Shown: in pieces, positions 1 through 8,878 of the stretch
Numbering within the stretch: position 1 is the first letter of the stretch
Layout: each line of letters begins with the position of its first letter
DNA from: a virus
Taxonomy: Duplodnaviria; Caudoviricetes
Direction: 5' to 3' (one strand)
DNA length: 33,478 nucleotides
Virus record (IMG/VR): IMGVR_UViG_3300017768_001407
Coordinates: 1 to 33,478 of that record
The notes under the pieces: model-generated
The model's database searches: none
What the model saw: the letters and a program-made list of their open reading frames with translations, nothing else
Told to the model about the DNA's origin: nothing
Made by a program: the position numbers and the translations under genes

Positions 1-421
1 ATTTTCCAAAGTGGTCTGAACCACCATCGTTGTGCCAACCATATAACCCATCTTTGTCATACTTTGTAAATTGAAAACTCTCTGCCCAATCTATATCCCA
101 GTTCCAACCTGTTTCACTATTAGCAGTTTCTAGATATGGCCAAATTAAATCATACAACCATTGGTCGTTAAACCATGCTACATTACAATCTCTGATATAA
201 TAGTCACCCAACTTTTCTTTTGCTTCTTTAGGTGTTAGTTCTTTGACACTAGGTAAGTTTGTACCAGATTGTCTTTCATCCCTGCTCCTCGTTGTACCAG
301 AGACCTCTCCACCACCTTTTCGTATTGCTTTTAATTGTTTCTCACCCATCTTTATAATGGCATCACATACATCGTGAGAGATTGCTTCTTTAAACCAATA
401 ATAGTCATGATATAAATTCAT
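1..421 (-). CDS. 2OG-Fe(II) oxygenase (prolyl-4-hydroxylase-like), 3' end truncated by the window edge
   Basis: Not in the ORF track; translated by hand. ATG at 421 overlaps the SDR stop (ATGA). Reads MNLYHDYYWFKEAISHDVCDAIIKMG...RDCNVAWF...FQFTKYDKDGLYGWHNDGG, with the Q-x-x-x-Y...Y-x-W-H-x-D motif of P4H-like oxygenases. Confidence 0.85.
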   Translation of the reverse strand, partial: MNLYHDYYWFKEAISHDVCDAIIKMGEKQLKAIRKGGGEVSGTTRSRDERQSGTNLPSVKELTPKEAKEKLGDYYIRDCNVAWFNDQWLYDLIWPYLETANSETGWNWDIDWAESFQFTKYDKDGLYGWHNDGGSDHFGK

Positions 422-1116
422 AAAGACAATCCTCCATCAATATGGTTTATATTACCTGTCATAAACTTTGCCTCATCTGAACATAAGAAGTTTACAAGGT
501 TTGCTATATCATCAGGCATTCCTGCCTGTCTTAATGGAGTCATAGATATAATCTCTGGTTCATACCCTTCGTCTCTCCATATCTTTGTCATATCAGTTCT
601 AGTATATCCAGGAGATACAGTGTGTACTCTTATATTATATCCACCAAGTTCTTTAGCAAGAGAATTAGTAAATCCAACAACTGCTGATTTAGATGCAGAG
701 TATGGAGATTGAAACGATTCTCCTTTGTGATATATTGATGACATATTTACAATAACACCATACTTGTTTTCTTTCATACTAGGAACAACTTCTCTTACTA
801 GTAAAAACATAGATTTTAAATTACAATCAAATGTATAATCCCAATCATAAGTAGTTGTATCTTCAATGTTCTTATTGACTAAACAAAACCCAGCACAATT
901 AATTAAGATATCTGGTTTGTCTATCTTAGAAAGTTCTTCTTTTATTTGTTCCTCATCAGTTAAATCTATAACAATACATTCACCATCAAATTTATGTTTA
1001 TCTTCTTCTGTCATGGAAACACCAATGACATTAACACCACTTTGTTTTAATTTGTTTGCGATAGCATTACCAATACCACTTGTCGCACCTGTCACTAATG
1101 CTGTTTTACCAATCAT
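418..1116 (-). CDS. Short-chain dehydrogenase/reductase (FabG-like SDR)
   Basis: TGATSGIG Rossmann motif, NCAG, NMSS, catalytic YSASK, PGYTRT and C-terminal TGNINHIDGG. Confidence 0.93.
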   Translation of the reverse strand: MIGKTALVTGATSGIGNAIANKLKQSGVNVIGVSMTEEDKHKFDGECIVIDLTDEEQIKEELSKIDKPDILINCAGFCLVNKNIEDTTTYDWDYTFDCNLKSMFLLVREVVPSMKENKYGVIVNMSSIYHKGESFQSPYSASKSAVVGFTNSLAKELGGYNIRVHTVSPGYTRTDMTKIWRDEGYEPEIISMTPLRQAGMPDDIANLVNFLCSDEAKFMTGNINHIDGGLSL

Positions 1117-1633
1117 TAAGTTTACCTCTCATTTTATATGCGATTGAGTATCTCATTGTTTTTTTATTAAGATGATGTTGTGCCTTGTGTGGCATATTAG
1201 CAGGAAATACTACCATTCTATTTCTTACATAATCAACTGTTTCTATTTCATCACCATTCTTAAATAATGTACCACCAAGATCGTCTACTTGCCATTGTTG
1301 TGGATAAAAGATAATTGTAGCATTACACCAACCATTACCATTATCGCCTTCATCAGTATGCCAACGACCACCATTGTGTTTACCATAATTGTGAGCATTA
1401 ACATATACTCTTGTTACATGTGGACATTCTTTAAATAAAGGTTTGTCATTATACTCTGTAATTACACTAGTTAAAAAATTAAACAATACATCTTCTCTTA
1501 AATCATTTGTGGCAAAGAAGTTACCCTCATCCATCGTAGTAGATGTATGTGGAAAGTATGGGAGTGTTTTAATGTAATCGTCAACATAATTTAACATTTG
1601 TGTATCTAAAACATTATCATATACTTTGAACAT
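1106..1633 (-). CDS. 2OG-Fe(II) oxygenase
   Basis: WHTD (HxD), GGTLF, NRMVVFPANMPH and RYSIAYK motifs. Start reassigned to the ATG at 1633 (MFKVYDNVL), which follows a GGGAG Shine-Dalgarno (SD); the ORF track starts at 1705. Confidence 0.88.
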   Translation of the reverse strand: MFKVYDNVLDTQMLNYVDDYIKTLPYFPHTSTTMDEGNFFATNDLREDVLFNFLTSVITEYNDKPLFKECPHVTRVYVNAHNYGKHNGGRWHTDEGDNGNGWCNATIIFYPQQWQVDDLGGTLFKNGDEIETVDYVRNRMVVFPANMPHKAQHHLNKKTMRYSIAYKMRGKLNDW

Positions 1634-2321
1634 TACTAGACTCCCAATTATAAAAATGTGTAATACAATATCTTCCAAGACCACTTTGTGTTGGTTCTTT
1701 GTCAAATTTTACAGGTATTACTTGATGTGAAAAATAACTCGGAAAGAGTAACATTCGATTAGACTTAACTTTTATTGTTTTTTCTGCTTGTGGTAATCGT
1801 AGGTCGCCACCTTTAAATTGTTTTGGTTCTCTGTAAACCCATATCAAACAAGTAAACATCATACTGTCAATGTGTGGTTTATAATAATCACCATCTTCAT
1901 AATATGAAATCATAGTTCCATCAGTATTTGTACCTTTGTAACTATGGTGGTGAATAGGAAACGCATCTTCAACAATCTTATAAAACTCAGGCGATCTTTG
2001 TTTGTACATATTTCTCAATATGTTTGAGAAGTTTCTACCCTCTTGTGTTAAGTATAAATCCCACAAATGAAATCTAAATGCTTTACTCTTTGGTGTACCA
2101 TCTATCTCACGAGCAACAGGTGCATTGTTTTCTTCTGTTCTAGAAATTTTATGTCTAGGACAAGACTGATAAAAATCTAGTTCTTTCCAAACAGATTCTA
2201 GTTCTTCTGGGTTATACCAATTATCAACAATCAAGTAAGGAAAAACTTCACTATCACTTTTAGTTACTTCCCAATAGTTTTCAATATCAGTGCTATCTAC
2301 ATCATTTAATACTTTCATCAT
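1617..2321 (-). CDS. 2OG-Fe(II) oxygenase (P4H-like)
   Basis: YYEDGDYYKPHID (HxD), FKGGDL, NRMLLFPSYFSHQV and GRYCIT motifs. Confidence 0.9.
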   Translation of the reverse strand: MMKVLNDVDSTDIENYWEVTKSDSEVFPYLIVDNWYNPEELESVWKELDFYQSCPRHKISRTEENNAPVAREIDGTPKSKAFRFHLWDLYLTQEGRNFSNILRNMYKQRSPEFYKIVEDAFPIHHHSYKGTNTDGTMISYYEDGDYYKPHIDSMMFTCLIWVYREPKQFKGGDLRLPQAEKTIKVKSNRMLLFPSYFSHQVIPVKFDKEPTQSGLGRYCITHFYNWESSNVQSI

Positions 2322-2791
2322 CCTAAAGTTCCATCACTCCTACCACCCATAGTAAACAATCTTCTATGTGGATATATTTTATTATTAATTTTTACTTTCA
2401 CCTTTTCATCTCTAGTAAAACCTGCTTGTATAGACCAAGCATAATCTTTTGCTTTAATTCTATGAAAGGTATCTCGTTTCACATAGTTAAACCACTTTCT
2501 TTCTTTGACAACAATTGTACCATTAACATTTCTTTCCTCAATATACTTACCCCAAAAAATTAATGATAAGAAGTTTGTTTCGTGACTGTGATATATTACT
2601 CTAGCATCGTTTCGTGTATTGTTGAACATCTTATCATGGTCGATAGGATGTATTCTTGATACTAGGATAGTGAAGAATGGAGACCAGAATCCCCATCGTG
2701 ATAATGCTGTAACACCATTGTTGGCAACAACATGATTTGGACCAAATCCAATTTTAAGTTTTTTACATATCTTCGAGAATAACTCTTTCAT
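2318..2791 (-). CDS. Cupin-like protein, copy 2
   Basis: YHSHETNFLSLIFWGKYIEE...FHRI matches cupin HxH...E...H motifs. Paralogue of 3658-4089. Start chosen by alignment (MKELFSKI vs MKKLITKI); ATG 2800 is an alternative. Confidence 0.7.
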   Translation of the reverse strand: MKELFSKICKKLKIGFGPNHVVANNGVTALSRWGFWSPFFTILVSRIHPIDHDKMFNNTRNDARVIYHSHETNFLSLIFWGKYIEERNVNGTIVVKERKWFNYVKRDTFHRIKAKDYAWSIQAGFTRDEKVKVKINNKIYPHRRLFTMGGRSDGTLG

Positions 2792-3653
2792 ACTCACCAT
2801 TCTCCCTTGCTTTAGGAAAGAAAATATAATCATCAACTCTTTTTATAATATCTGATGGTACTTGATTACCATTATCATCATACTTCGATTCGACAATTTC
2901 TATTTGTTCTATATTATTTATACTGCTTGAATAACTTGATGTAATCTCAATATGAGAAAATTCACCTTTCTTTTTAACTTTAGTTCTTTTAACACAACCA
3001 AAAAATTTAAGTCTAATTAAATTTCCCTCATTATCATACTCACACTTAAATGCGTTCTTTGTGTTTATCCTATCAATAGCATCAGTTCCATTATCTACAT
3101 GAACAAGATTTGTAAATGGTTTAGCAATATCTTTATTTTGTTTATCAATCCATATATATACATCTTCAGTATTACCTGTTATAAAAAGATTTTGTCCCAT
3201 TCTTTCAAATGTATCTGAGTAATATTCTGACATCCAAGCAATTTCTAAACCATCATCTAATTTAGTTTTACAAATAACTTCTGGATTATCGTCAGTCTTA
3301 TAATAAACTTCAGACCATTTCTTAGCATTATCTAAATCATAATAGAAACAGATAAAATCTTTATCATAAAATATTTCATGTTGGTCTTTTAATTCTTTGT
3401 AGTGTTTATTTTTTTCAAGATTAAAATCATCAGAACCACATACATTAGTTACAACGAGATTATCTTTTAAATGATAACCAAAACATTGGTGTGCTGGATC
3501 TGCCCAAGAATATGTCTCACTTGGAAATACTTTATATATTTGTTCTTGTATTTTCTTCACCTTTTTTCTATGTGACAATATTCCTGGATTAAACCAGTAT
3601 ATCTTCCAAGTTGCTTCGTTGTCTTCAACTATCACTCTATGTAAATATATCAT
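2763..3653 (-). CDS. Hypothetical protein, 'family X' paralogue 3
   Basis: Aligns by eye with 4061-4924 (YLHRVIVED vs FLHRVLIED; SEYY vs SEFY; FPKARE vs FPKARD). No family recognised. Confidence 0.8.
   Translation of the reverse strand: MIYLHRVIVEDNEATWKIYWFNPGILSHRKKVKKIQEQIYKVFPSETYSWADPAHQCFGYHLKDNLVVTNVCGSDDFNLEKNKHYKELKDQHEIFYDKDFICFYYDLDNAKKWSEVYYKTDDNPEVICKTKLDDGLEIAWMSEYYSDTFERMGQNLFITGNTEDVYIWIDKQNKDIAKPFTNLVHVDNGTDAIDRINTKNAFKCEYDNEGNLIRLKFFGCVKRTKVKKKGEFSHIEITSSYSSSINNIEQIEIVESKYDDNGNQVPSDIIKRVDDYIFFPKARENGEYERVILEDM
2915..2922 (-). promoter_or_regulatory. Candidate internal T4-type late promoter TATAAATA
   Basis: Exact TATAAATA on the minus strand, about 124 nt upstream of the cupin start. 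Lies within coding sequence (x-Ile-Asn-Asn). Confidence 0.4.
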
Positions 3654-3657
3654 ATCT

Positions 3658-4089
3658 CTAATCGCTTATTGTAAAAAATCTTTCATGTTTTAATTTCCTA
3701 CCACTTTCTTTTAATCTTACAGTTGGTTCACACTTTCGTTTTCCCATAAACATTAATGTATATACTGGTTTATAACAAGTAATTTTATGATGCCATCCAC
3801 AAGGAAGATAATTAAACCATTTATGTGAAGTTCGAAATACTTTATTTACTTCTAACACATCTTGTAGATATGCTCCTTTTAAAATAAAGGATAGAAAACT
3901 TCCTTGATGTGAATGATACACCTGCGATATCTTATGTAAATGTGTGATTGGATATATTTTTGAAATAAAGATAGTTAGATAGGGAGTCCAGAAACCATAC
4001 CTTTTTATACAGGTAATACCATCTTTATTGATTACATGACTTGTGCCTATGCCACAGTTTTTAAAAATCTTTGTAATTAATTTTTTCAT
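3658..4089 (-). CDS. Cupin-like protein, copy 1
   Basis: YHSHQGSFLSFILKGAYLQD...WHHKI...VYTLMFMG. Likely start ATG 4089 after AAGGGA. Confidence 0.72.
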   Translation of the reverse strand: MKKLITKIFKNCGIGTSHVINKDGITCIKRYGFWTPYLTIFISKIYPITHLHKISQVYHSHQGSFLSFILKGAYLQDVLEVNKVFRTSHKWFNYLPCGWHHKITCYKPVYTLMFMGKRKCEPTVRLKESGRKLKHERFFTISD

Positions 4090-4924
4090 AGTCTTTATCC
4101 CTTGCTTTAGGAAATAAAATATATTGTTCATTATCTTTTGGTTTTGATGACTTTATAGAATTACCATAATCATCATACTCTGGTATTACTATTTCAGTTT
4201 CATCTAAATTATTTATACAGTCTGCATAATCTGCTTTATACTCTGTTCTGTATTCACCTTTCTCACGAATAGAAACTCTATCAACATGTGCCCATAATTG
4301 TAAACTAATTAAGTGTCCATACTTATCAAATACAAACTTAAATAAATCGTCTTTATGTAACCATTTATCTACAGGTATAGGTTTAGGAATATCTTTGTTC
4401 AAACTATCTGCGAAGTCATACACTGCTTTAATATTATCACATCCATTTATTAATATATTTTGAGATATGTATTTAAAATCTTCATCGTAAAATTCTGAGA
4501 CAGTATTAATATGAACTGTAGATGGAACATCAACAACAGGATCTGGATAGTTTTCATATCCAAAGTTTTCTATATCTCTATAAACTACTTCAAATATTTT
4601 TGATTTAGTTTCCATATTGTAAAGGTATCGAGTGTATGCTTTGCCTGTCAATATAGGATGTTGTGCTTTGAGTGCGTGTTTCCTTTCTAAAGTTTTCATT
4701 TCATCTTCAAAGGGAGAACACATATGAAATATAATATTATTATCATCATGGTTCATACCATAGATGTGATTGACAGGATAAGTATATGTCTCATCAGGAA
4801 ACACATCACTTATCTGTTTGTGAATCTTTTTGACAAATTTTACTTCAGATAGTTTTGTTGGATCAAACCACCATACTCTAGTTAAGACTTTACAGTCTTC
4901 AATCAATACTCTATGTAAGAACAT
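4061..4924 (-). CDS. Hypothetical protein, 'family X' paralogue 2
   Basis: 287-aa ORF, similar to both neighbours 2763-3653 and 4928-6244. Confidence 0.8.
   Translation of the reverse strand: MFLHRVLIEDCKVLTRVWWFDPTKLSEVKFVKKIHKQISDVFPDETYTYPVNHIYGMNHDDNNIIFHMCSPFEDEMKTLERKHALKAQHPILTGKAYTRYLYNMETKSKIFEVVYRDIENFGYENYPDPVVDVPSTVHINTVSEFYDEDFKYISQNILINGCDNIKAVYDFADSLNKDIPKPIPVDKWLHKDDLFKFVFDKYGHLISLQLWAHVDRVSIREKGEYRTEYKADYADCINNLDETEIVIPEYDDYGNSIKSSKPKDNEQYILFPKARDKDYEKINYKDF
4210..4217 (-). promoter_or_regulatory. Candidate internal T4-type late promoter TATAAATA
   Basis: Exact TATAAATA about 121 nt upstream of the cupin start, at the position homologous to 2915-2922. Confidence 0.4.
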
Positions 4925-4927
4925 AAT

Positions 4928-6244
4928 TTATTCGTCTGCGTACCTAAATCCATCTGTGTCATATTTTGGTTGAACAATTTTACATGCTGAATCTGAAACT
5001 AGTGTTTCAGTTACATCTAAGTTTTTAATACCATCAGAATATCTTAAAGTATGTTCAATACTAAATTGTCTTCTAACCTTTTTAGATCTGACTTGTTGTA
5101 CCTGAACACCACCATATAATTCTACACTTGTTAATTCATCATCAGAGTTAAATGAGAATTTAAAGTAATCAGTATCTTCAGTTAATTCATGTTCACGAAT
5201 TATCATTCTCTCACCAGTCTCGAAACAAATATAATCCATATCATCATTCGGCATAAACTCACCTTCTTGTATCATATAGACAGAACCATCTTCAAATAAT
5301 ATTTTATCGGTTGTATCTAAATCGTCAGGTATTGGCAAATCTATATCTGACTTTAAACTCTTTGCCCATGCATATACATCATGTAATCTACCTTGAACAT
5401 ATACATGTTGAACATTAGTATTATTAAAACTTGAATCGTATTCTTCTGTTATCATTAGCAATAATAGATTTTTTCCCAATGGTTCTACAGGATATGCTGA
5501 ACCTGAATTATATGCGATTTCAAACTTTCTTGTTTCATCTGTTAAGTTAAATGTCCAGAACATTTGTTCTTTATTTAATAATAGATTATGGTATAAAGAA
5601 AGAGGAATATTCTCATCAGCATATGGAAAAGAATCTTGGGGAGATAAAGTGCATGCAGTTAAATTGTCATCGTTATCAAAAACTAATTTAAAAGAATCAT
5701 TTACACTAAGTGTATATCCTGATGGAATAGTAGCAGATAAACTACTGTTTAATGATTTGACTAAAGAGTCTACATTTGCAAGTTCACCTATAACATATAC
5801 ATTTGATTTATTCTTATCAACATACTTTGCATCAAAGTCATGTGTCATTCTTCTAAGACTAACATTAGAAGGCATACTAAATGGCAAACTTGGAGAGGTA
5901 TACTCTATCTCTATTGTTTGTGTATCATTATGAAATTCTCGATCTGCTTCTGCTCTAGAAAGACCACTAGCAACAGTATCTGGAACAGAGTCTAAAATAT
6001 TTTTAACAGTTTCTCCATCATCATCTAGATAATAAGATGCGATGGTTATAATATTTGGATTAGAAACATCAATGTATGCTTCCTGAATAAACTGTTCAAA
6101 TCCTCTTCTATTAATAAAGAAGTTATTCCAAACAGCATGTATTCTTGACTTCAAAGATAACATCTGAGTATCATCTTTAGTCAAAGCATAATATGCGATT
6201 TCTTTTATATCTTTATTCTGAACTACAATTCTACTTAATTCCAT
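4928..6244 (-). CDS. Hypothetical protein, 'family X' paralogue 1 with an internally duplicated core
   Basis: ATG overlaps the adhesin stop (TAATG). Two copies of a roughly 100-aa unit (NVYVIGELANV...DSFKLVFDNDDNL and HVYVQGRLHDV...DYFKFSFNSDDEL). C-terminal IVQPKYDTDG resembles IVIPEYDDYG and IVESKYDDNG of the paralogues. Confidence 0.8.
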   Translation of the reverse strand: MELSRIVVQNKDIKEIAYYALTKDDTQMLSLKSRIHAVWNNFFINRRGFEQFIQEAYIDVSNPNIITIASYYLDDDGETVKNILDSVPDTVASGLSRAEADREFHNDTQTIEIEYTSPSLPFSMPSNVSLRRMTHDFDAKYVDKNKSNVYVIGELANVDSLVKSLNSSLSATIPSGYTLSVNDSFKLVFDNDDNLTACTLSPQDSFPYADENIPLSLYHNLLLNKEQMFWTFNLTDETRKFEIAYNSGSAYPVEPLGKNLLLLMITEEYDSSFNNTNVQHVYVQGRLHDVYAWAKSLKSDIDLPIPDDLDTTDKILFEDGSVYMIQEGEFMPNDDMDYICFETGERMIIREHELTEDTDYFKFSFNSDDELTSVELYGGVQVQQVRSKKVRRQFSIEHTLRYSDGIKNLDVTETLVSDSACKIVQPKYDTDGFRYADE

Positions 6245-7236
6245 TAAGATGTTGCTCCAATGACTTGCCCAGAATTATTTAATGTTAATTGGTTTCCGTT
6301 TGGTTCAATTGCTTTACCTGCTGCACCTCCAGCACCATCACTTGTTCCAGTACCTTGTCCTCCAGCAGCACCATTAGCACCACCTGCTCCACCATTAGGA
6401 TTTGTTTGCCCAGTAGAGTTACCACCTGCTCCACCACTAGTTAAATTTGCTGATCCTGCTTGTCCTGCTTGTCCTTGACTATTACGACCAGCACCACCAG
6501 AACCTGCTTGTGATCCAGCACCACCGCCACCTCCTCCTCCTCCGAAGAATTGTGTACTTGGTGGATTTCCAGGTTGTCCAGGTTGTCCAGGAGATGGACT
6601 CTTACCACCACTTGGTGGGTTTCCTGGATTTCCAGGTTGTCCAGGTTGTACAGATGAACCTCTGGCACCACCACCACCTCCTCCACCTCCAGCATAGATA
6701 TCACCTGGAGCAGTGTTTTGTACAGTAACAGGATAATTAATTTCTATACTATCACCTGCTGCTTGACCTGCTTGTACTGATGCACCTGCAGAAGTCATAC
6801 CACCACCACCATCACCACCACGACCTCTAAATGCACCATTGTTTACAATAGTAATTGTGTCGCCAGTTGCCCAGTTGGGTGATGCACCTGTAGCAAGTGC
6901 AGCAGTTCCAACAGCATTAGAACCTACTTGAGCATTGTTAGTTAGAACTATGTCAGTTATACCTGATGAATAAGTTCCACCTCTGTTTTGAGATATTTGA
7001 TAGTTGTTTGTATTGGAAGATATTGTTAGAGCAATACTAATTCTATTTGCCGATCCATAAAATTGACCGATAGAGATTGCACCTGATGATGGAATAGCAC
7101 CACTGTCACCTTGTATTCCAGATGCTACATTATCACCACCAGCATAATATTCTGATAGAGAATGCGGAGTAGATCCACCGAACTCTCCTGCTATTTGATT
7201 TATAGATAAACTATTGGGACTACTTGGTAATGCCAC
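6244..7236 (-). CDS. Glycine-rich tail-fibre adhesin (gp38-like receptor-binding protein)
   Basis: GTG start after GAGGAG. N-terminal MALPSS...LSINQIAGEFGG...SLSEYY, then ITIVNNGAFRGRGGDGG, IYAGGGGGGGG and GAGGAAGKAI glycine motifs as in T2/T6/S16-type gp38. Lies directly downstream of an S74-bearing fibre. Confidence 0.7.
   Translation of the reverse strand: MALPSSPNSLSINQIAGEFGGSTPHSLSEYYAGGDNVASGIQGDSGAIPSSGAISIGQFYGSANRISIALTISSNTNNYQISQNRGGTYSSGITDIVLTNNAQVGSNAVGTAALATGASPNWATGDTITIVNNGAFRGRGGDGGGGMTSAGASVQAGQAAGDSIEINYPVTVQNTAPGDIYAGGGGGGGGARGSSVQPGQPGNPGNPPSGGKSPSPGQPGQPGNPPSTQFFGGGGGGGGAGSQAGSGGAGRNSQGQAGQAGSANLTSGGAGGNSTGQTNPNGGAGGANGAAGGQGTGTSDGAGGAAGKAIEPNGNQLTLNNSGQVIGATS
6563..6649. 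repeat. 24-nt direct repeat GGATTTCCAGGTTGTCCAGGTTGT (6563-6586 and 6626-6649) encoding QPGQPGNP
   Basis: Exact match read from the sequence. Confidence 0.9.
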
Positions 7237-8869
7237 TTCTCAACTCCTCAATTTCATCAGACAATTCTTTCACTGCCTCAATTAATAAGGCATGTAATTG
7301 GTCATATTGTAATACTTTATATTCGGTTTCATCTTCAACACCCATCTGGAGTGGTAATGCTTTTTCTCTAACTGCTTGTGGTAATACTTTTTCTACTTCT
7401 TGTGCTATTACACCAGCACTTCTCTTACCATCATTTTTGTATGTAAACTCAACACCTCTGATACTTTTAACTTTTTCTAATGCGTTTTCTACTGTAGAAA
7501 TATCAGTCTTTAATCTTTCGTCAGAAGTTGTAGTTGAGAAAGCAATTACATCGTTATCTACATGTAAATCTCCATCATTCTCTAAACGCATATCCATGTT
7601 GCCATCTAGATACCAATCATGAGTTGTTGTGTTGATAATATAATAATCGTTAGTATCTCTACCTATTTGAAATACATCGTTTCTTAAATCACTTTCTACT
7701 GCTACTGTAATCGCACCAGATCCTGTAATCGCACCACCTGATACATCAATACCAGCACCAGCAGTTAATTCTACACTTGTTACAGTTCCAGCATTTGTAG
7801 TAAATCCAGAGTCGTTATTGAAACCAGAAAGAGCAATATTGCCTTTTGTTAATTTCTTTTGAGCATCTGAAGCATCAACAACTGCAAAGAAATCACCATC
7901 TCCGTCAGAAGTTGAAGTTGTAAGTTCTGACAAATCTACTGATAGTGTATGAGTAGTAGTTTCTCCAGATGTTGCAGCAGTGGAATCTACACCTGTTCCA
8001 CCAGTAATCGTTGCTACATAATCACCTGCTGTATGTGTTCCTAATGTAACAGAATTATTTTGTTGTGTTGTAGAAATACTAATTCCTGCTGAACCATCAA
8101 AGTTAGCAGTACCAGCAACTGCCCCAGCGACTGCGATTGCTCTTGCTGTAGCAAGTGCTGTAGCAGTGTCAGCATTGCCTGTAACAGCACCAGTTATATT
8201 ACCTGTAAAAGATGCTGCTGTAACATTACCATTGAATGTTGCTTTACCTGCATCAGAACCATCGATAGTTAAGAATGTTGTATCAGCACCACCATCTGTT
8301 CCTTTAATTATAATATCAGAATCATTCGCTTGAGCATCTATGGTTATATTACCAGATGTTGTAGTTAGGTTAATTGCAGCATCACCTGCAGAAAGATTAT
8401 CTGCTGGAATCTCAGCATTTAAAATATTAGTGCTAGGATTATATGTTAAATTAGAATCTGTTTCAATTCCTTGACTTCCAGTTTGACCATCTACAAAAGT
8501 AACAAAAACACTTTCGTTAGCAGTGTTATTAGCACTTGAAACAACTGTTGTTGCTGCACCACTAAATGTACTTGTAGAACCACTTAATAATACAGTGCCA
8601 GTTTCGTCAGGAAATGTAATTGTTCTGTCTGCTGTTGGGTCAGCAACTGTTAAGGTAGTTTCAAAGTCATTATTAGTAGCACCCTCAAATACTATCACTC
8701 CATCTTCTTTTACATTAAAAGTACCTGAAGAAATATTATTAGTATTTAATTCGTTATATTCAATAGTACCTGCTTCAATACCTGTAACATCGGTTACGAG
8801 GTTATTGAACTGCGTCCTTAACTGATTTAATGTGTTCGTTGCTGGAACACTTGTAGCAGATATTGCCAT
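7220..8869 (-). CDS. Tail fibre B with C-terminal peptidase S74 intramolecular chaperone
   Basis: T/G/D/A-rich beta-repeat shaft (ADRTITFPDETGT, GNADTATALATAR). C-terminal SDERLKTDI...GVIAQEVEKVLP...Y...LIEAVKEL. Confidence 0.9.
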   Translation of the reverse strand: MAISATSVPATNTLNQLRTQFNNLVTDVTGIEAGTIEYNELNTNNISSGTFNVKEDGVIVFEGATNNDFETTLTVADPTADRTITFPDETGTVLLSGSTSTFSGAATTVVSSANNTANESVFVTFVDGQTGSQGIETDSNLTYNPSTNILNAEIPADNLSAGDAAINLTTTSGNITIDAQANDSDIIIKGTDGGADTTFLTIDGSDAGKATFNGNVTAASFTGNITGAVTGNADTATALATARAIAVAGAVAGTANFDGSAGISISTTQQNNSVTLGTHTAGDYVATITGGTGVDSTAATSGETTTHTLSVDLSELTTSTSDGDGDFFAVVDASDAQKKLTKGNIALSGFNNDSGFTTNAGTVTSVELTAGAGIDVSGGAITGSGAITVAVESDLRNDVFQIGRDTNDYYIINTTTHDWYLDGNMDMRLENDGDLHVDNDVIAFSTTTSDERLKTDISTVENALEKVKSIRGVEFTYKNDGKRSAGVIAQEVEKVLPQAVREKALPLQMGVEDETEYKVLQYDQLHALLIEAVKELSDEIEELRSGITK

Positions 8870-8878
8870 GTTTGTATC

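Noticed and set aside
2792-4131. Conserved upstream extensions of the cupin ORFs (FLKQG) as a real dual-coding region
   Set aside because: Explained by conservation of the overlapping FPKAR codons and SD in the X genes; the downstream ATGs align better.
2763-6244. Family X as ABBA-type prenyltransferases
   Set aside because: Only a similar size and a vague beta-strand pattern; no diagnostic motif that I can support without structure prediction.
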